Shown: one piece after another, positions 1-13,815 of the stretch
Numbering within the stretch: the first letter of the stretch is position 1
How the letters are laid out: each line of letters begins with the position of its first letter
Origin: Camelus dromedarius
Lineage: Eukaryota
Length of the DNA: 64,000 bases
Direction: 5' to 3'
Assembly (NCBI RefSeq): GCF_036321535.1
Contig: NC_087472.1
Location: 97,838,001-97,902,000 of the forward strand
Made by a program: the position numbers and the translations under genes
Notes under the pieces: generated by a model
Databases searched by the model: none
What the model was told of the DNA's origin: nothing
What the model saw: the letters and a program-made list of their open reading frames with translations, nothing else

Positions 1-2767
1 CAAAGTGTGTCATATTTAGACTGTCCCACTGGTGAGCAGCGCCTCAGGACTACTTCAGTCTTCTGGCAGATCTCACCACTGGACAGCACAGTGCTCTTCA
101 CTGAGCATTCCCTAGTGTTACTATCATTTCTAGAGGAACTTTGGTCCCAAACAAGAGCCCTCTTAACCCAGAGCTGGAATACCTTCTTCGTAGAACCCTT
201 GTACCTCACATTACCAGGTGTATACAGAAGAGGTATGTTTTTAATGCTCTCTAATGCCATGAGCCCCTTATTGGAAATCTGGGATCTTCTGTTACCACAA
301 ATTCTGGAAATCTTTCAAGCCATAGTCTTTCTAGTGGAAAACCAAGTAAACTTCATCATTTTCTTTCTTTGCTGCTTTCAAAACAGCATTTCTCTAGCAC
401 CCTTACATTTTCTAAAGGTTTCAAATGTTAAGCTGTTTTAAATCTTACAAAAGCGTTTCAGGGCTCTCCTGGGCTGATATGCAAATTACAGTTTCACTTT
501 AGATATTCCGACTCTACAGTGGGCATCAGTATGCTACTTATGGGTGGAAACTGCGTTTGTATTTTGTTCTACTTTTGGCCCAGGCGGGTATGAATGGGGG
601 AGTCAGGTGGCATGGCCATGAATAGGACAGTTTCATTATGTTTTGAGATTCTTAAATGAATCTATTTGGAACATAAGCTAGAACCAGCCAAGTCTCTAGG
701 GAAGTCCTGCAAAAAATGAAATCATTTTGCATCCAAACCTCAAAGACATAAATTCATGAAATTGAAAACTGAGTATCACTTTTAGCCCCTTAGGAAGCCT
801 CAGTAAGAGATTAAAAAGGGAAATTATGGCCCTTCTCTATCACTGAGCAGTAAGAGATTACCTTTTCTCTGTGGATGATTTGAATTGGGGGAGTGGCACA
901 CTGCAGATGATTGGATCACTTTTTGTAATCTCAAAATGTGGTTTCCTGTTGAGTTTACATAAATTGAATACACTCAGGGAAAAATGGTCTCTGTGATGAC
1001 TGGTCATAACTGCACTATGTTTGTGTTACAATGTCTTGCTTACCACTGTATCACCTGTGGCTAGCACAGGCCCTGGCATAAAGAAGGCCTTCAATAAATA
1101 AACTCTAGTTACTCTTAAAAAAAGAAGTTATCCTGAAGACACCAAAATGGAGATAATCAGAACTGCACTGGCACAAAACATGACAGAGAATCACAAAGGA
1201 AACCAAGTCTAATATTCTATATAGAAAAGTCCTCACCTGGAATTGGGAAAGCTCCATGAATGGCACCAGCTGCTGGTAAACCATTTGACTCTTCTTAGTT
1301 CCCTCATTTAGAAAGTGAGAGTGTTCTGGGTGTAAAATGTTCTAATTCTTTCTGAGGTTCTTCCTCTAAACCTCTCAGCCTTCCCCTGTGGACCAAATTG
1401 TATTTTAGATAAGTGAAGTGGTTCTTTTGCCAGTTTCCTCGCCTAGGACTTCAAGCTACTCTATGGGCCTTTCTAAAGATCACTTCTGTGTTCTATTTTA
1501 AGTGTCCTTCACATACAAGACTCTTGACCCATCCAAACTAGGTTATAATGCAAACCTCAAGTTCGCTGCACACTTTTCTGTCCTTATCTTAGCCTCTCTT
1601 CCATAGCAAGGAAACATCCTTGCAAGGCTGCTGCCCAAGATGGAGCTCAAAGTCTGCAGTGATACTTGGAATAAAGCCTTAGAGAATTTTAATTCCTACC
1701 ATTGGCCTTCCCGACCTGGTGTTTTGACAAACTCAATCAACAACGTAAACAAATCAACTCTAACATATTCTTTCTTTAAGATGATTGCATCTTCTCAAAC
1801 CCCAAGATCTAAATAGAAGACATTTTGGAAATCTCATAGAATAGACTAGTGGCCTCTCAAACTAAACTTAGGGTCTTTCATCTTATTTGTGACTAATCTA
1901 GTGCCTGACATTTACAGGTATATTGAATACATTTATTACCTTCCAGAGAGAAATACTTACTAGCATTCATCTGCTGTTTGTTTTTGTTTCCTTATCTGTG
2001 AGTTTTTCCCTTTCTCGTTTGCTTTCATAACTTTATCTTTGCCTCACACACGCATACAAATTTAGATACTGCATGAAAGAACTCCGACAACAACCATAAG
2101 AAATATAGGGACAGAGTAGACTACAGCACATGGAAATAGGAATTTTGTATGCATAAGAAATTATGTCTGACTCCAAAACTAATGGTGAGATTTGTTTAGA
2201 GATACGATGACATATGAAGAATGTAACAGAAAACGGCAACAAGATGATGAGTGGAATGAAATCTACCAAACACCTTACTTTCCTAGGTAATTAAATTTGT
2301 AGATTTTTAAAAGAATTCATATGTTATTTATCCTCACAAATACTCAAGAAGGCAAGCCAAGCATTAACTATTACTCTGACTTCACAAATGACAAAACGAA
2401 GGCCTAGGGGAGAGTCAGTTGTTTGTCTAAGATTAAAACTCAGATCTTCAAACTGAAACTTCCATCACCTTTTCAATATGCTCTGTAACATATTGTTAGC
2501 CAAAACTTAACCTAAACCACATTTGTTCTAAAGCATATTCATATACTTGATTCAGGAAGCAAGATAGCTAAACATAGTAAATCATTTTGATAATATAGAA
2601 ACAAAACAGTGTGATCTGATTATGACGGGGGAAAAAAGCCCAGGCAGTTACTGTTATACATGAGACTCATTTTAGTACAGATAGTAATTGCAAGGAACCA
2701 TGGGGTGGAAAAAGGGTGCTGAGTTTTCAGTGCAAATGCCACCTCAAAGCATCAAAATGTTTCAACA

Positions 2768-3963
2768 TAGGCAAAACAAACATTCTCTGACATAAATCTT
2801 AGCAATGTTATCCTAGGACAGTCTACCCAGGCAATAGAAATAAAAGCAAAAATAAACAAATGGGACCTAATTAAACTTACAAGCTTTTGCACAGCAGAGG
2901 AAACCATAAGCAAAACAAAAAGACAACCTATGGAATGGGAAAAAACATTTCCAAAAGATGAGACTGACAAGGTCTTAATTTCCAGAATATATAAACCGCT
3001 CATACAACTTAATAACAAAAAAACCAACAACCCAATCCAAAAATGGGCAGAAGACCTAAACAAGCAATTCTCCAAGGAAGACATACAAATGGCCAATAGG
3101 CACATGAAAAAATGCTCACTATCACTAGTTATCAGAGAAATGCAAATCAAAACTACAATGAGGTATCACCTCACACCAGCCAGAAGGGCCATCATTCGAA
3201 AGTCCACAAATGATAAATGCTGGAAAAGGGAACCCTCCTACACTGCCGGTGGGAATGCAGTTTGATGCAGCTGTTACGGAAAACAGTGTGGAGATGCCTT
3301 AAAAAGCCACAAATAGACTTACCATATGATCCAGCAATCCCACTTCTGGGTGTATATCTGAAAGGAACTGTAATGTGAAAAGATACATGCACCCAATGTT
3401 CACAGCAGCACTATTTACAATAGCCAAGACATGGAAGCAGCCTAAAAAGTCCATCGATAGATGACTGGATAAAGCAGCTGTGGTGAATTTATACAATGGA
3501 ATACTACTCAGACATAAAAAAGAATAAAATGACATTTGCAGTAACGTGGATGGACCTGGAGATAGTCATTCTAAGTGAAGTAAGCCAGAAAGAGAGAAAA
3601 ATATCATATATTACTTATATGTGGAATCTAAAAAAAAAAGGAAAAGAGACACTAATGAAGTCATCTATAAAACAGATACAGATTTGCAGACATACTAAAC
3701 AAACTTACGGTTACTGGGGAAAGCGAGTGGGAAGGGATAAATTTGGGAGTTTAAGATTTACAAATGGTAACCACTATATATAAAAATAGATTAAAAAAAA
3801 TTTCTTCTGTATAGCACAGGGAACTATGTTCAATATCTCATAATAACCTTTAATGAAAAAGAATATGAAAATGAATACATGTATGTATATGCATGACTGG
3901 GACATTAAGCTGTACACCAGAAATTGATACATTATAACTGACTATATATACTTCAGTTTAAAA
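2768..3963 (+). mobile_element. 5'-truncated LINE-1 (ORF2 C-terminal remnant, 3'UTR, A-tail), relatively young
   Basis: ORF 2930-3265 (WEKTF...[40 protein letters not shown]...MRYHLTP) is L1 ORF2 C-terminal sequence. It has a G-rich 3'UTR and A-tail. A perfect 14-bp TSD AAAATGTTTCAACA lies at 2754-2767 and 3964-3977. Confidence 0.95.
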
Positions 3964-4488
3964 AAAATGTTTCAACAACCTTTGTACACATTAGAAGTAA
4001 AATTTTAAATCACATCAGGAATGCTTGTAACAAATTAAAGTGCATGATCAGAGTATCCATTTTGGAGGTTGGCACTAACATTGGCAAGACAGCTGTACCT
4101 TATTGCTTAAAATTACTCCTGAAACAGTTTTCATTTAACCTAAGCAAAATACCTATATGCAAAGAAAAAGCATACCCATTCAAATACTGAAATATTTTGA
4201 AAACCGAATCTCCCAACTACTTGGCAAACTTGGAAGATTCAGGGAAAATGAAAGCAGAGTGACAGTTCTAACAGTGGATGAGTATTTGGACCATTTAGTC
4301 TCTTTTATACCTGAGATCCTAAGAGTCAATGAATCACATCTAAGTATCACAGTTCTCCTTACTAGTTATTTTGATGTCTTGCTAAATGACCTTCCATAAC
4401 TACCCTTACTGAATAATGGCTACATAACTTGGGCTGGAATTCAGGGCCATTCAAAAACTAGCTTTCAATCTCTTCCTTCACACACTAT

Positions 4489-4690
4489 CAGTGATGTGGA
4501 AAATCACGTCTTAAGAGTTTAAGAAACAAATCTGATTTGTAGTATTTGCCAGTTTTCATGTTGTTAATACTCCCACTGTGACCAGTTTCAACCTACCAAG
4601 GATTTTCAACTGGCTTGCAAACATCCCTGAATATTTAACAGTTGGCTCTGTCTACCCTGTACCAGTTGATTCAGCTCAGGCACACCACTG
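4489..4690. mobile_element. MER63-like hAT non-autonomous DNA transposon
   Basis: Terminal inverted repeats CAGTGATGTG...CACACCACTG. The internal ctgatttgtagtatttgcc...aatactcccact resembles the recalled MER63 consensus. Confidence 0.75.
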
Positions 4691-5177
4691 ACTCACCCCA
4701 TCTTCCAGTCAGATGAATCTATTGCAGCTGTACAAATATGCCTTTCCATTCCCTGTAACAAACTATGCCTCCATGTATGTTGGAGTGAATCCCATTTCAT
4801 ATCAAATTCCTAACCACGCTTAAGTTTCAACCTAAACACATCTCTTTCTTTCTAATATCACTGGGAGCTAATAAAGTGCTCTACACATAATGATACTTTT
4901 TTTTTTTTTCATCTGTATATTTTGCCATCTGTGTCAGGCAATGATACTTCTTGGATTCTTAGTTTGGGAATAACTGGCAAGTGGTTTTTCAGTGACATGT
5001 AAGGCAATGACTAAATAAGTAGAGTCCATAAGAGTGTATCTGAGGGCGATTTTGAGGCTTAAAATTAAAAATAATACATGCAAATTAAAATTAGTTTGAA
5101 TATGCATTCACTCGAAAATAACCTCAGAAGTCACACTCATGAAATAAATAGTTCAATACTATTAGTTTTGTCCTGGA

Positions 5178-5370
5178 TCACTTGGGGTTCAAATACTCTC
5201 TCTACTACTTACTGGCTGGTGATACTGGGCAAGTTATTTAATATCTCCAAGCCCCAGTTTGCTCATCTGTAAATTGGACATAATAATACCTATTCTCATT
5301 AAGTTATTGTGAGTATTGTGTAGAATAATATACGTAAAACAGTGCCTGGCACATACTCAGCATTCATTGC
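5178..5370 (+). mobile_element. MIR SINE
   Basis: MIR core ctgggcaagttatttaa...cagtttgctcatctgtaaa...acagtgcctggcacata. Confidence 0.85.
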
Positions 5371-6451
5371 ACACTTGTTAGTAATAGTAAGTATAGTAAT
5401 AACAATAGTGGAAAATAGTGCCTATCACTGAAAAATAAATCTCAAACATTATAAATAAAATGAAATAAATGAATGTTAAATAGGAAAAGGGAGAAATAGG
5501 TGACTATTTACAGTAATCACAAACACAGAATTTGTTGCCTCCTAGGCCTTAAACTGAACCAAACACCAACTTTTACAACCCTAGTAACTTAAAATCCTAG
5601 TATCCCCTCCTGTCCCACTTTTTCCTTATCAAATAAATCCATCATTCTCCCCACAGCCTGCTTCATAGCTCCCAGGTAGTGTCCCACTGTACAATGCCAA
5701 AGCCATAATCATGTTTCCAATGTCCACTTGTTAGAAACAAACTTTAAGATCAGCTTGTTGAAACCACTTCTAAGCCTGCAGCATTTACTTATCTATGGTA
5801 CACATGGCCCCGACTCACATTAGCCTCAACAGCTTCATGAAGTGTCCCCCTCAAATGCTAGACAGATGAACCATGAAGGACATGGAACTGCTGACATTTC
5901 ATTTAAACATATGACATTTTAAAAGGATTCTGGGTTACCTACTTATTCCAACATTGGATAAATATGCTGCCTCCACTGTAAATCCTGATGGGTAAGAAGA
6001 AAATGAGTAAAAGGAAAACTCTTTGCTCATAAGCGAGAAAGAATAAGAAAATACCCAGACACTCTGATCTAAAGAGAGTGTGTCTGCCTTTTCAGTTCAC
6101 TGTGGAGATTGCTGAAAATACTGAAGGAAGAAAGTTAACAACTGATTGTCCCTTAGCAGAGAGCTGAAAAAGCACTGAAAAATGTGAGGGTCTCTCTTTG
6201 GCAACACGTATTTTGGAAATTAGGCATGTGAGAGAAACAGTTGGAGATTATACTCCTACTTGGGACTTTCACATGTTTCACATAAATAATTCCAAAAATG
6301 AGTATTTTTAATGCCTGTCCCAGAATGGCATCTAATCTCTCACAAGAATACAGAATCTTGACAAACAGGAAGTATTTGATTGTATTGCAATCTCTTTCCA
6401 TAGGAGTATCAACCAACTATCTTTTCAAAGAAGCCACTTGCTCAAGCTCAC

Positions 6452-6507
6452 CAGCTACTCAGCAGCAACGTGGAAACTGTCGCCAGGCCTCCTCAGGCCG
6501 CCGCCTC
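6452..6507 (-). other. Candidate 56-nt spliced exon of an unidentified gene; stops in all three frames
   Basis: Minus strand: branch-like CTTAAC, pyrimidine tract tgttcttgtgtcttaag|GAGG, donor CTG|GTGAGC. Locally GC/CpG-rich and outside recognisable repeats. Confidence 0.35.
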
Positions 6508-9159
6508 CTTAAGACACAAGAACAGTTAAGTTACACGCTGCCGTGTGACTCTACAACAAAATAAGAGATCTGATAACATGGAAGGTTAGGGTGCAGGTGG
6601 ACAGCTACTCTGAGACTGCAGGTTCCAGTGCTCCAGCCTCTGGGAATGTTCCAGTAGTGACTTGCCCAAGATTGCAGTGAGTCACGAGATAGGTCAAGAA
6701 GGCAACTTCAAGCTCCTGCTGAGACTTCAGTGGAAGAAACTGAATCAGCTGAGCAGGAATAGACAGCAACTCTGAGCATTTCAGAGCAGATCCCACGGAT
6801 GAGCTGGCTTCATTTAAGTGGCCTGAGGAAATCTCAGATCACTGGCTAGAGTTGAATGCAACGAGTAATTTCAAAGATTCAGTACTGGCAGCAGACTTTG
6901 TACACGTCTGTGAATACTGTGTGCCTTTGAATAGGCCGAAGACCCTTCTCAAAAGGCCCCCTAGGTAGCATAGTCTTGCAGGAGTAGGGGATGAAATAGA
7001 TGTAAGAAATCATTTCCATTTCCTCTCTTCCTTAGGCAGGAAATTCAAACAGATGAGGTTGTGTAGGGAGACAAGTTAACAGTAAGAGATTAGGTCACAT
7101 GGGCAGGGATTAATTTAGAAGGCAGAGTCAACAGAGATGGGGTGACAAACAGGAACAAAGAAAAGTTTGATGATCTAACCCTATAAAAAGGATGCCTTCA
7201 GTCAGAGGAAAGGGACACTGCCTCCAGAATTGTATTTTTGTTTTCAGCAAGTAGCAGGGAACCACTGAATCACTTGACCAAAGGTGGGAACTTAGAACAG
7301 CCATGAAATGGTAATGGCAGAGAAGAAAATTAAGGCAATGACTGTGAAATGACTCAGAAGTAAATGCCTCCGTTAGCATCTGTTTCTCAAGATTTAAAGA
7401 CAAGAATCTCAGACCCTCTAATCATCCATTTCACAGGTTCTATCAGGCTTTACCACATAAAGCAATCCCGGGCCCTACAAAGACCAGTGGTTCCCTAGCC
7501 TCTCCCTGACAACCTAGCTTTGCTGGGAATAGGGTGCTGGGTGTGACGGCTGCCCGCCAGCTTCCTGCTGAGGAGCAAATGGCTACAACTAAGCACTCCT
7601 TTCAAAACATCAGGGTGCTCAAGCCACTGGTTTGGTGCTCTCTTCCCTTGAGACCGTGTAACAATTCAAGGGCTATGGAGATTAAGAGCCCATTTAAAGA
7701 GACAGCCATAAAAGTTGAACATCATGCATTTCTAAGGATGTCACAGCACCTTGGTGATGAATGCACAAAATGGTTGTGTGTTGTGGGTCTTTGGGCAGAA
7801 TCTCTCAAAGCTGGGAGATCAGGGTGGGGGTAGGATGTGTAAGTCTGTCTCTCAACCTGGAGTCCTTGTGAGAGTGGGCTAAGTGCTGGGCTCAGTCACC
7901 ACCTGAAAGGATTAGCAGTTTTTCAGATAAATCATGGACATCCTAGAAGCCCTGCCTGCTAGTAAGTACACAGTTCGTTACACAGGATCATAAACCCTTG
8001 ATAAGTTGCACAGTGGGTGCCCTCTAAAAATGTCCTAGTCAAGTAAGTGCCCAGCCGCCTGATCCTTCTCCAGATCATCCTCCACGGTCACCCCATCCCA
8101 GTGCATCACCTGAGGTGCTGAGGTACAGAGTGAGCTTTCACTGCTTCCCATCAGCAGTTGTCATGCCCCTATAAATTGTATAACCTAAGCAATTTCATGT
8201 AAACTATGCATCTTGTAATCATCCGGCAAAACTACAACAATGACACATGTGTGTCTGTCTACACACATGTGCGGATAAATCCATTCATTGGATTTTTGTG
8301 ATCTCAACACTGCAAAATACTAAAATACATAATGTGCGGCTGGGGCTTCTCCCAAAGTTCACCTCTCGGAAAGATACTCTCTCTAAACAAAATTAAAAGC
8401 AATAAACACACCACCTGGAACTCATGCCTCATCCTTCCCTTATCATTGTGGCCTTCATCCAAGACATCATCTCATCTGGCCTGTCTCCCAGCCTCACGTC
8501 TGCCCACTGTGAGGTTACGTCACTCTAGGAGTGTTCCTCTTGCATGCTTTTGGCTTTCACTGAGAGTCCCATCTCCAGGCTGCCATCTTCTCATTTGTCT
8601 CTTCAAAGCCTTCCCCACTAATGAATATGGAGGTTAGACAGACAAATGAGGGGATAATTGAAGATGAGAGCCTGCTATAAAGATATTTCATTGATAAGGC
8701 CCACAACAATGTGGCCAAATGGGGCCAGATACAGAAATTCAATTTGTGTAAGTCTGCATAGCTGGGCTACCTGGCAAGGATCTGAAATACCAGTTTTGTC
8801 ACTTACACGTCAGTAAGACTGCTCTGGGCAAACTGTACCAACTACATTGTCATAGTCCTGTATTAAAAATTTCCCAGTTCCAAAAAGATGTAGTACATAC
8901 TGTTCAAGAGACTAAATATGAGTTCTTTCCTTTCCTCTTCCTTATCATTTGTCATAAATGATTCACCTAAAAGCCTCTCTTTACACTGACTCACCCAGAG
9001 AAGTACCCAATTATGCCTTTCTTTCTAACGCAGTTCCCTCTTCATCATCAGTCTTGATCCTTCCTTCACAGACATCTCCAATCTCGGCTACAGCCCAGTC
9101 CCTCAATAGCTGTGCTGTGAAATTTCATCAAGGCCTTTTGAAAAAGCTAGGGGGTCGAG

Positions 9160-9270
9160 GGTTCAGTTGTGTGACTTGGGTAAGCTCCTTCATCTCTGAA
9201 GCTCAGTTTTCCAATCTGTTAAGGAGAGACATAGAGTAAATTATCATCAAGGTTCCCTTGAGATCTGAGA
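9160..9270 (+). mobile_element. MIR/MIR3 fragment
   Basis: gtgtgacttgggtaag...ctctgaagctcagttttccaatctgt...atcaaggttcccttgagatctga. Confidence 0.65.
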
Positions 9271-9794
9271 AGAACCAAAGATGCTGAAATAAAAGAGGGG
9301 GGAAAAGAGTAAGAGAGGTAATTAGCTTATCTGTCTCGGGAGCTTGTAAGCTGCCCCTACTTTCCACTCTCCCTAAACTTGTCTCTGTCATCAAAAGCCC
9401 AGAGCCTTCCTATTTATCAAAACATACCATCAAGAAAGATACTGTCAGATATTGGCCTGCACTATAAACGCTTCAAGATCAGAGACAATCTTTGTATTCT
9501 CAATGTTTAGACCCTAGCTCTCATCCTCTCAGTTCTTTAACTACTGAATGTGATGTGTCTCCCAGGCATCTTTTAAATTAAAACCTTATCTCTAAATAGA
9601 ATGAAAGATTTCATCTCCTAATAAAGAAATTTTAAGAGAAGTAGGGAATAGAGGATATTTATTGCATAGCATCCTTTCTGTATGCCTGAAAATTGGTTCA
9701 TTTTATTTTATTTTGGTCTAACCATGAAGCAGGTTAGAGAGTTGAAGTAGATCTAGGAAGAGAAACCCCTGGGAGACTGAGAGCAATCCCTACT

Positions 9795-10200
9795 TGTGTC
9801 AGTCAGATTCCTGGCAGGAAAGAGATGGGGGTGAGTCTTACAAAGGTCCATTTAAGGAAATCCAACAGTGGAGAATCCAGCACTCTGGAAATAGCACAGC
9901 AGGGAGCCATTAGCACTCAGGCTGGAAAAGGCTGGGGCCCTAGCCCCCTGACAGGAGTTGTTGCCTTCAGCAGAGGAAGCCAAACCCCAATGACAGGGCA
10001 GGAAGGGATCTGGGAGAACAAAAGCCCAGAGTCTCATTCTCCTCCTGCCCACCGAGCTCTTACTGGGACCTCACACTAGCCAAAACCAACGGGCAAGGGA
10101 GCCCATAGAGGCAATCTATGAAAATAAGCCTGCGGAGACAGAGTAGGTTGGAAAAAGCAGAAAGGAGCCCTGGAGTGACCAATGGGGAAGATGCAGCCCA
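9795..10200 (-). mobile_element. ERVL solo LTR (LTR33-like)
   Basis: Ends tgtgtcagtcagattcctggcaggaaagagatgg and cagagtaggttggaaaaagcagaaagg...gcagccca resemble the reverse LTR33 consensus. Confidence 0.6.
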
Positions 10201-11329
10201 CTACTCAGACCGCTCATGCCCAGCACAGCTCCCACGCACAGCTATGGCAGCAGAGCACGGTTCTGACCCCTGCATCACAAGACCCTGTGTTCATCGCTCG
10301 TCTCCACACACTGGCCTCCAAGAAAATAAGAGCCAGAGTCCTCATGCCTAGGATAAAATCAGTCTGTTCCTTTTGAAGCCACAGAGAAGTACCCCTACCG
10401 CATTTGAGCCTGGCCTGAGGTGGGAGGCCCTGTGCTTTAAAGCCCTGGTGCCCGTTCAGCGTAAGTAAGCCTCCGCACCCCAGACGTGAGCCGTGTGGGT
10501 GTTGGAGTCCGTGCTCTTGCCCACAGCCCAGTCACACCTCAGCTGGCTTGAAAACGCCTTACAATGACCAAATCTGTGGGGTTTCAAGTCTACAGGCTTC
10601 CTTCTGTGAAGACAAAATAACCTGGGTGTCTTCTCAGATTGGATTCCTCTTTTGAAGAGGTAGCATTCTGGCAGAGAACTATAACTTCCTGTAGCTTCTA
10701 GCAAGTGCCTCTCGCTTGAAAGAAATAGGGTTTCGCCCCAGAGGGCTTTAGGAGGGAACACAAACTAGAAAGATCACTCAGAGCCACAAAAGCAGATTCT
10801 CTCTCTCCCTCTTTTCTCCTTTTTTGTCTAATTTTGCTTTGGCCATAAAGCATGAATCAGACTGTAGAAATTAAAGTCCCATCTTGGCTTTAATGAAGTC
10901 CAATTTCAGTGCTGATGAAATCCCTGACAGCAATGTGGGCTTGTTTACTCTTCACTGAAAGGAATGCTCCACAAGAATTCATAGGAAAATAACCCTTTCC
11001 AAGAAGCTAATGGAATAAAAAAAAAATGTTTTTAATCTCTTTGAAAAATATGCCAGAATAATCACAGATTCTCTATTAGCAAAAGTAAAATAGTACCCTT
11101 TCTTGTATAAATATAGTCCTTCTTGCTTGGGAGCAAACTGTCAAAAGATTCTAGGTTTCAAAAGAAGGATGGATTTAAGACAAGCCAGAATGATGTCAAA
11201 TTTCATGGAGTCCAGATGGTTCTGTCAGACTTGTCTTCGGCTGCTTGGTTTGTGATGATTTTTTTTTCCTAAGAGCTAAATAGACGTGGGTGATTGAAAC
11301 AGAGCAAGCAAGCCCGGGAATCCATCTGA

Positions 11330-13815
11330 ATCGTGGTAGTAAATGTTTTCAAATGTGGGCCCATCCTGAGCTCTACTTCTTTTAACAGTTCTCCCCCTCT
11401 GAGAGGTGAGGCTCTGAAGCCATGTCAGTGCGGTGCTCTCACCATGCAGTGACCCCAGCTGATTGGACCAAAAGTGGACACTTGACTCAGGGAAACCAAT
11501 TCACAGTCTAGATTGGCAAGGAAAAATGTCTTTTCACCATTTGGTGTTGGGACGTAGAAAGTTCAGGACAAATAACGGTAGGCATTCATTTTGTAAGCTG
11601 ATGTAATGTGGATTGAAGAAAATAAAGAAATAATCCCTTTTAAAATTGCACCCAAAACAATAAAATACTTAGGAATAAATCTGAGCAAGGAGGTGAAAGA
11701 CTTATAGAGAACTATAAAACATTGATTAAGGAAATTAAAGAAGACTTAAAGAAATGGAAAGATATCCCATTCTCTTGGATTGGAAGAATCAATATCGTTA
11801 AAATGGCCATACTGCCCAAGGCAATCTGCAGACTTAATGCAATCCCTATCAAATTACCCAGGACATTTTTCACACGACTAGAACAAACAATCCTAAAGTT
11901 TATATAGAATCGCAAAAGACCCAGAATTGCCAGAGCAATATTGAAGAAAAAGAATGAAGCTGGAGGAATAACCCTCCCAGACTGCAGACAATACTACAGA
12001 GCTAAATTCAAAACAGCATGGTATTGGCATAAAAACAGACATATGGATCAATGGAACAGAATAGAGAGCGCAGAAATAAATCCACAGGACCTATAGTCAA
12101 TCTCCAACAAAGGAGGCAAGAATACACAATGGAGAAAAGATAGTCTCTTCAGCAAGTGGTGTTGGGAAAGCTGGACAGCAGCATGTATATCAGTGAAGTT
12201 AGAACACTCCCTCACACCAAACACAAAAATAAACTCAAAATGGCTTAAAGACTTAGGTGTAAGACAAGACATGATAAATCTCCTAGAAGAAAACACAGGC
12301 AAAATATTCTGACATAAATCTTAGCAATATTCTAGGGCAGTCCACCCAGGCAATGGAAATAAGAGCAAAAATAAACAAATGGGACCTAATTAAACTCATA
12401 AGCTTTTGCACAGCAAAGGAAACCACAAGCAAAACAAAAAGACAACCTATAGGATGGGAGAAAATATTTGCAAATGATGCGACTGACAATGGCTTAATTT
12501 CCAGAATATATAAACAGTTTATACAACTTAATAGCAAAAAAGACAAACAACCCAATCCAAAAATGGGCAGAAGACTTCAACAAGCATTTCTCCAATGAAG
12601 ACATACGAATGGCCAAGAGACATATGAAAAAATGCTCAATATCACTAATTATCAGAGAAATGCATATCAAAACTACAATAAGGTATCCCCTCACACCAGT
12701 CAGAATGGCCATCATTCAAAAGTCCACAAACAATAAATGCTGGAGAGGCTGTGGAGAAAAGGGAACCCTCCTACACTGTTGGTGGGAATGTAGTTTGGTG
12801 CAGCCACTGTGGAAAACAGTATGGAGATTCCTCAAAAGACTAGGAATAGACTTACCATATGACCCAGGAATCCCACTCCTGGGCTTGTATCCAGAAGGAA
12901 CCCTACTTCAGAAAGACACCTGCACCCCAGTGTTCGTAGCAGCACTATCTACAATAGCTAAGACATGGAAACAACCTAAATGTTCATTGACAGATGACTG
13001 GATAAAGATGTGGTGTATTTATACAGTGGAATACTACTCAGCCATAAAAATAATAAAATAATGCTATTTGCAGCAACATGGATGGACCTAGAGATCATCA
13101 TTCTAAGTGAAGTCAGCCAGAAAGAGAAAGAAAAATACCATATGATATCAGTCATATGTGGAATCTAAAAAAGAAAATAGGACCCTATGACCTCATCTAT
13201 AAAACAGAAAGAGACTCGCAGGCATAGAAAACAAGCTTATGGTTACTGGGGAAAAGGGGTGGGAGGGGATAAATTTGGGAGTTTGAGATTTACAAATGTT
13301 AGCCACTATGTATAAAAATAGATTTTTTAAAAAGTTTCTTTTGTATAGCACTGGGAACTGTGTTCAATATTTTGTAGTAACCTTTAATGGAAAAAAATAT
13401 GAAAACAAATAAATGTATGTACATGCATGACTGGGACATTGTGCTGTACACCAGACGTTGACAGACTGTAATTGATTATACTTCAATTAAAAAAAAGTCA
13501 ACTGAAGGCCACCATTTAGAGGCAGCTATGACGTGCCATATGTAAACATGGTGGAAGAATCAGCCTAAAGAGCGAGAGAAGTACAAAGCCAATAACAGGG
13601 ATTAGCAGATATAAAAGACCATGTGGTCCCAAAGAGTGAAATGCGTATAGCTAGGAGGGGTCTGCCTTCCCATCTATGTTGACTTTCCAGGTCCTGTTTC
13701 CAGTCCCTAGTGAGGCGGGAATACATCCTTGCCCTTGGCATTGTCGACATGCCCTTGTATTCCTCCAGGGAATGTCCCCTTTTAGTTTAACCCACTTTGG
13801 ATTTTACCAGCAAAA
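11330..13815 (+). mobile_element. Old MaLR (MLT1-type) LTR split by the L1 at 11615-13496 (pieces about 11330-11610 and 13497-13815)
   Basis: MLT1-like motifs on both sides of the L1: gattggacc...ggacacttgactcag on the left and ccaggtcctgtttccagtccc...ccccttttagtttaa on the right. Confidence 0.5.
11615..13496 (+). mobile_element. 5'-truncated LINE-1 (3' part of ORF2, frameshifted, plus 3'UTR)
   Basis: ORFs 11722-11907 ([25 protein letters not shown]), 12353-12598 and 12609-13061 (Cys-rich [18 protein letters not shown]) are consecutive L1 ORF2 pieces. It ends cttcaattaaaaaaaa. Confidence 0.96.

Noticed and set aside
7..441. 144-aa + strand ORF
   Set aside because: Starts at GTG, shows no recognisable domain or splice context, and its Leu/Phe-rich composition is what T-rich non-coding DNA produces.
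2752..3535. Hydrophobic minus-strand ORFs resembling membrane proteins (also 12048-12715)
   Set aside because: Antisense translations of A-rich L1 sequence.
12609..13061. 150-aa ORF with a Cys/His motif as a host zinc-finger gene
   Set aside because: It is the L1 ORF2 C-terminal cysteine-rich region within a frameshifted, truncated L1.
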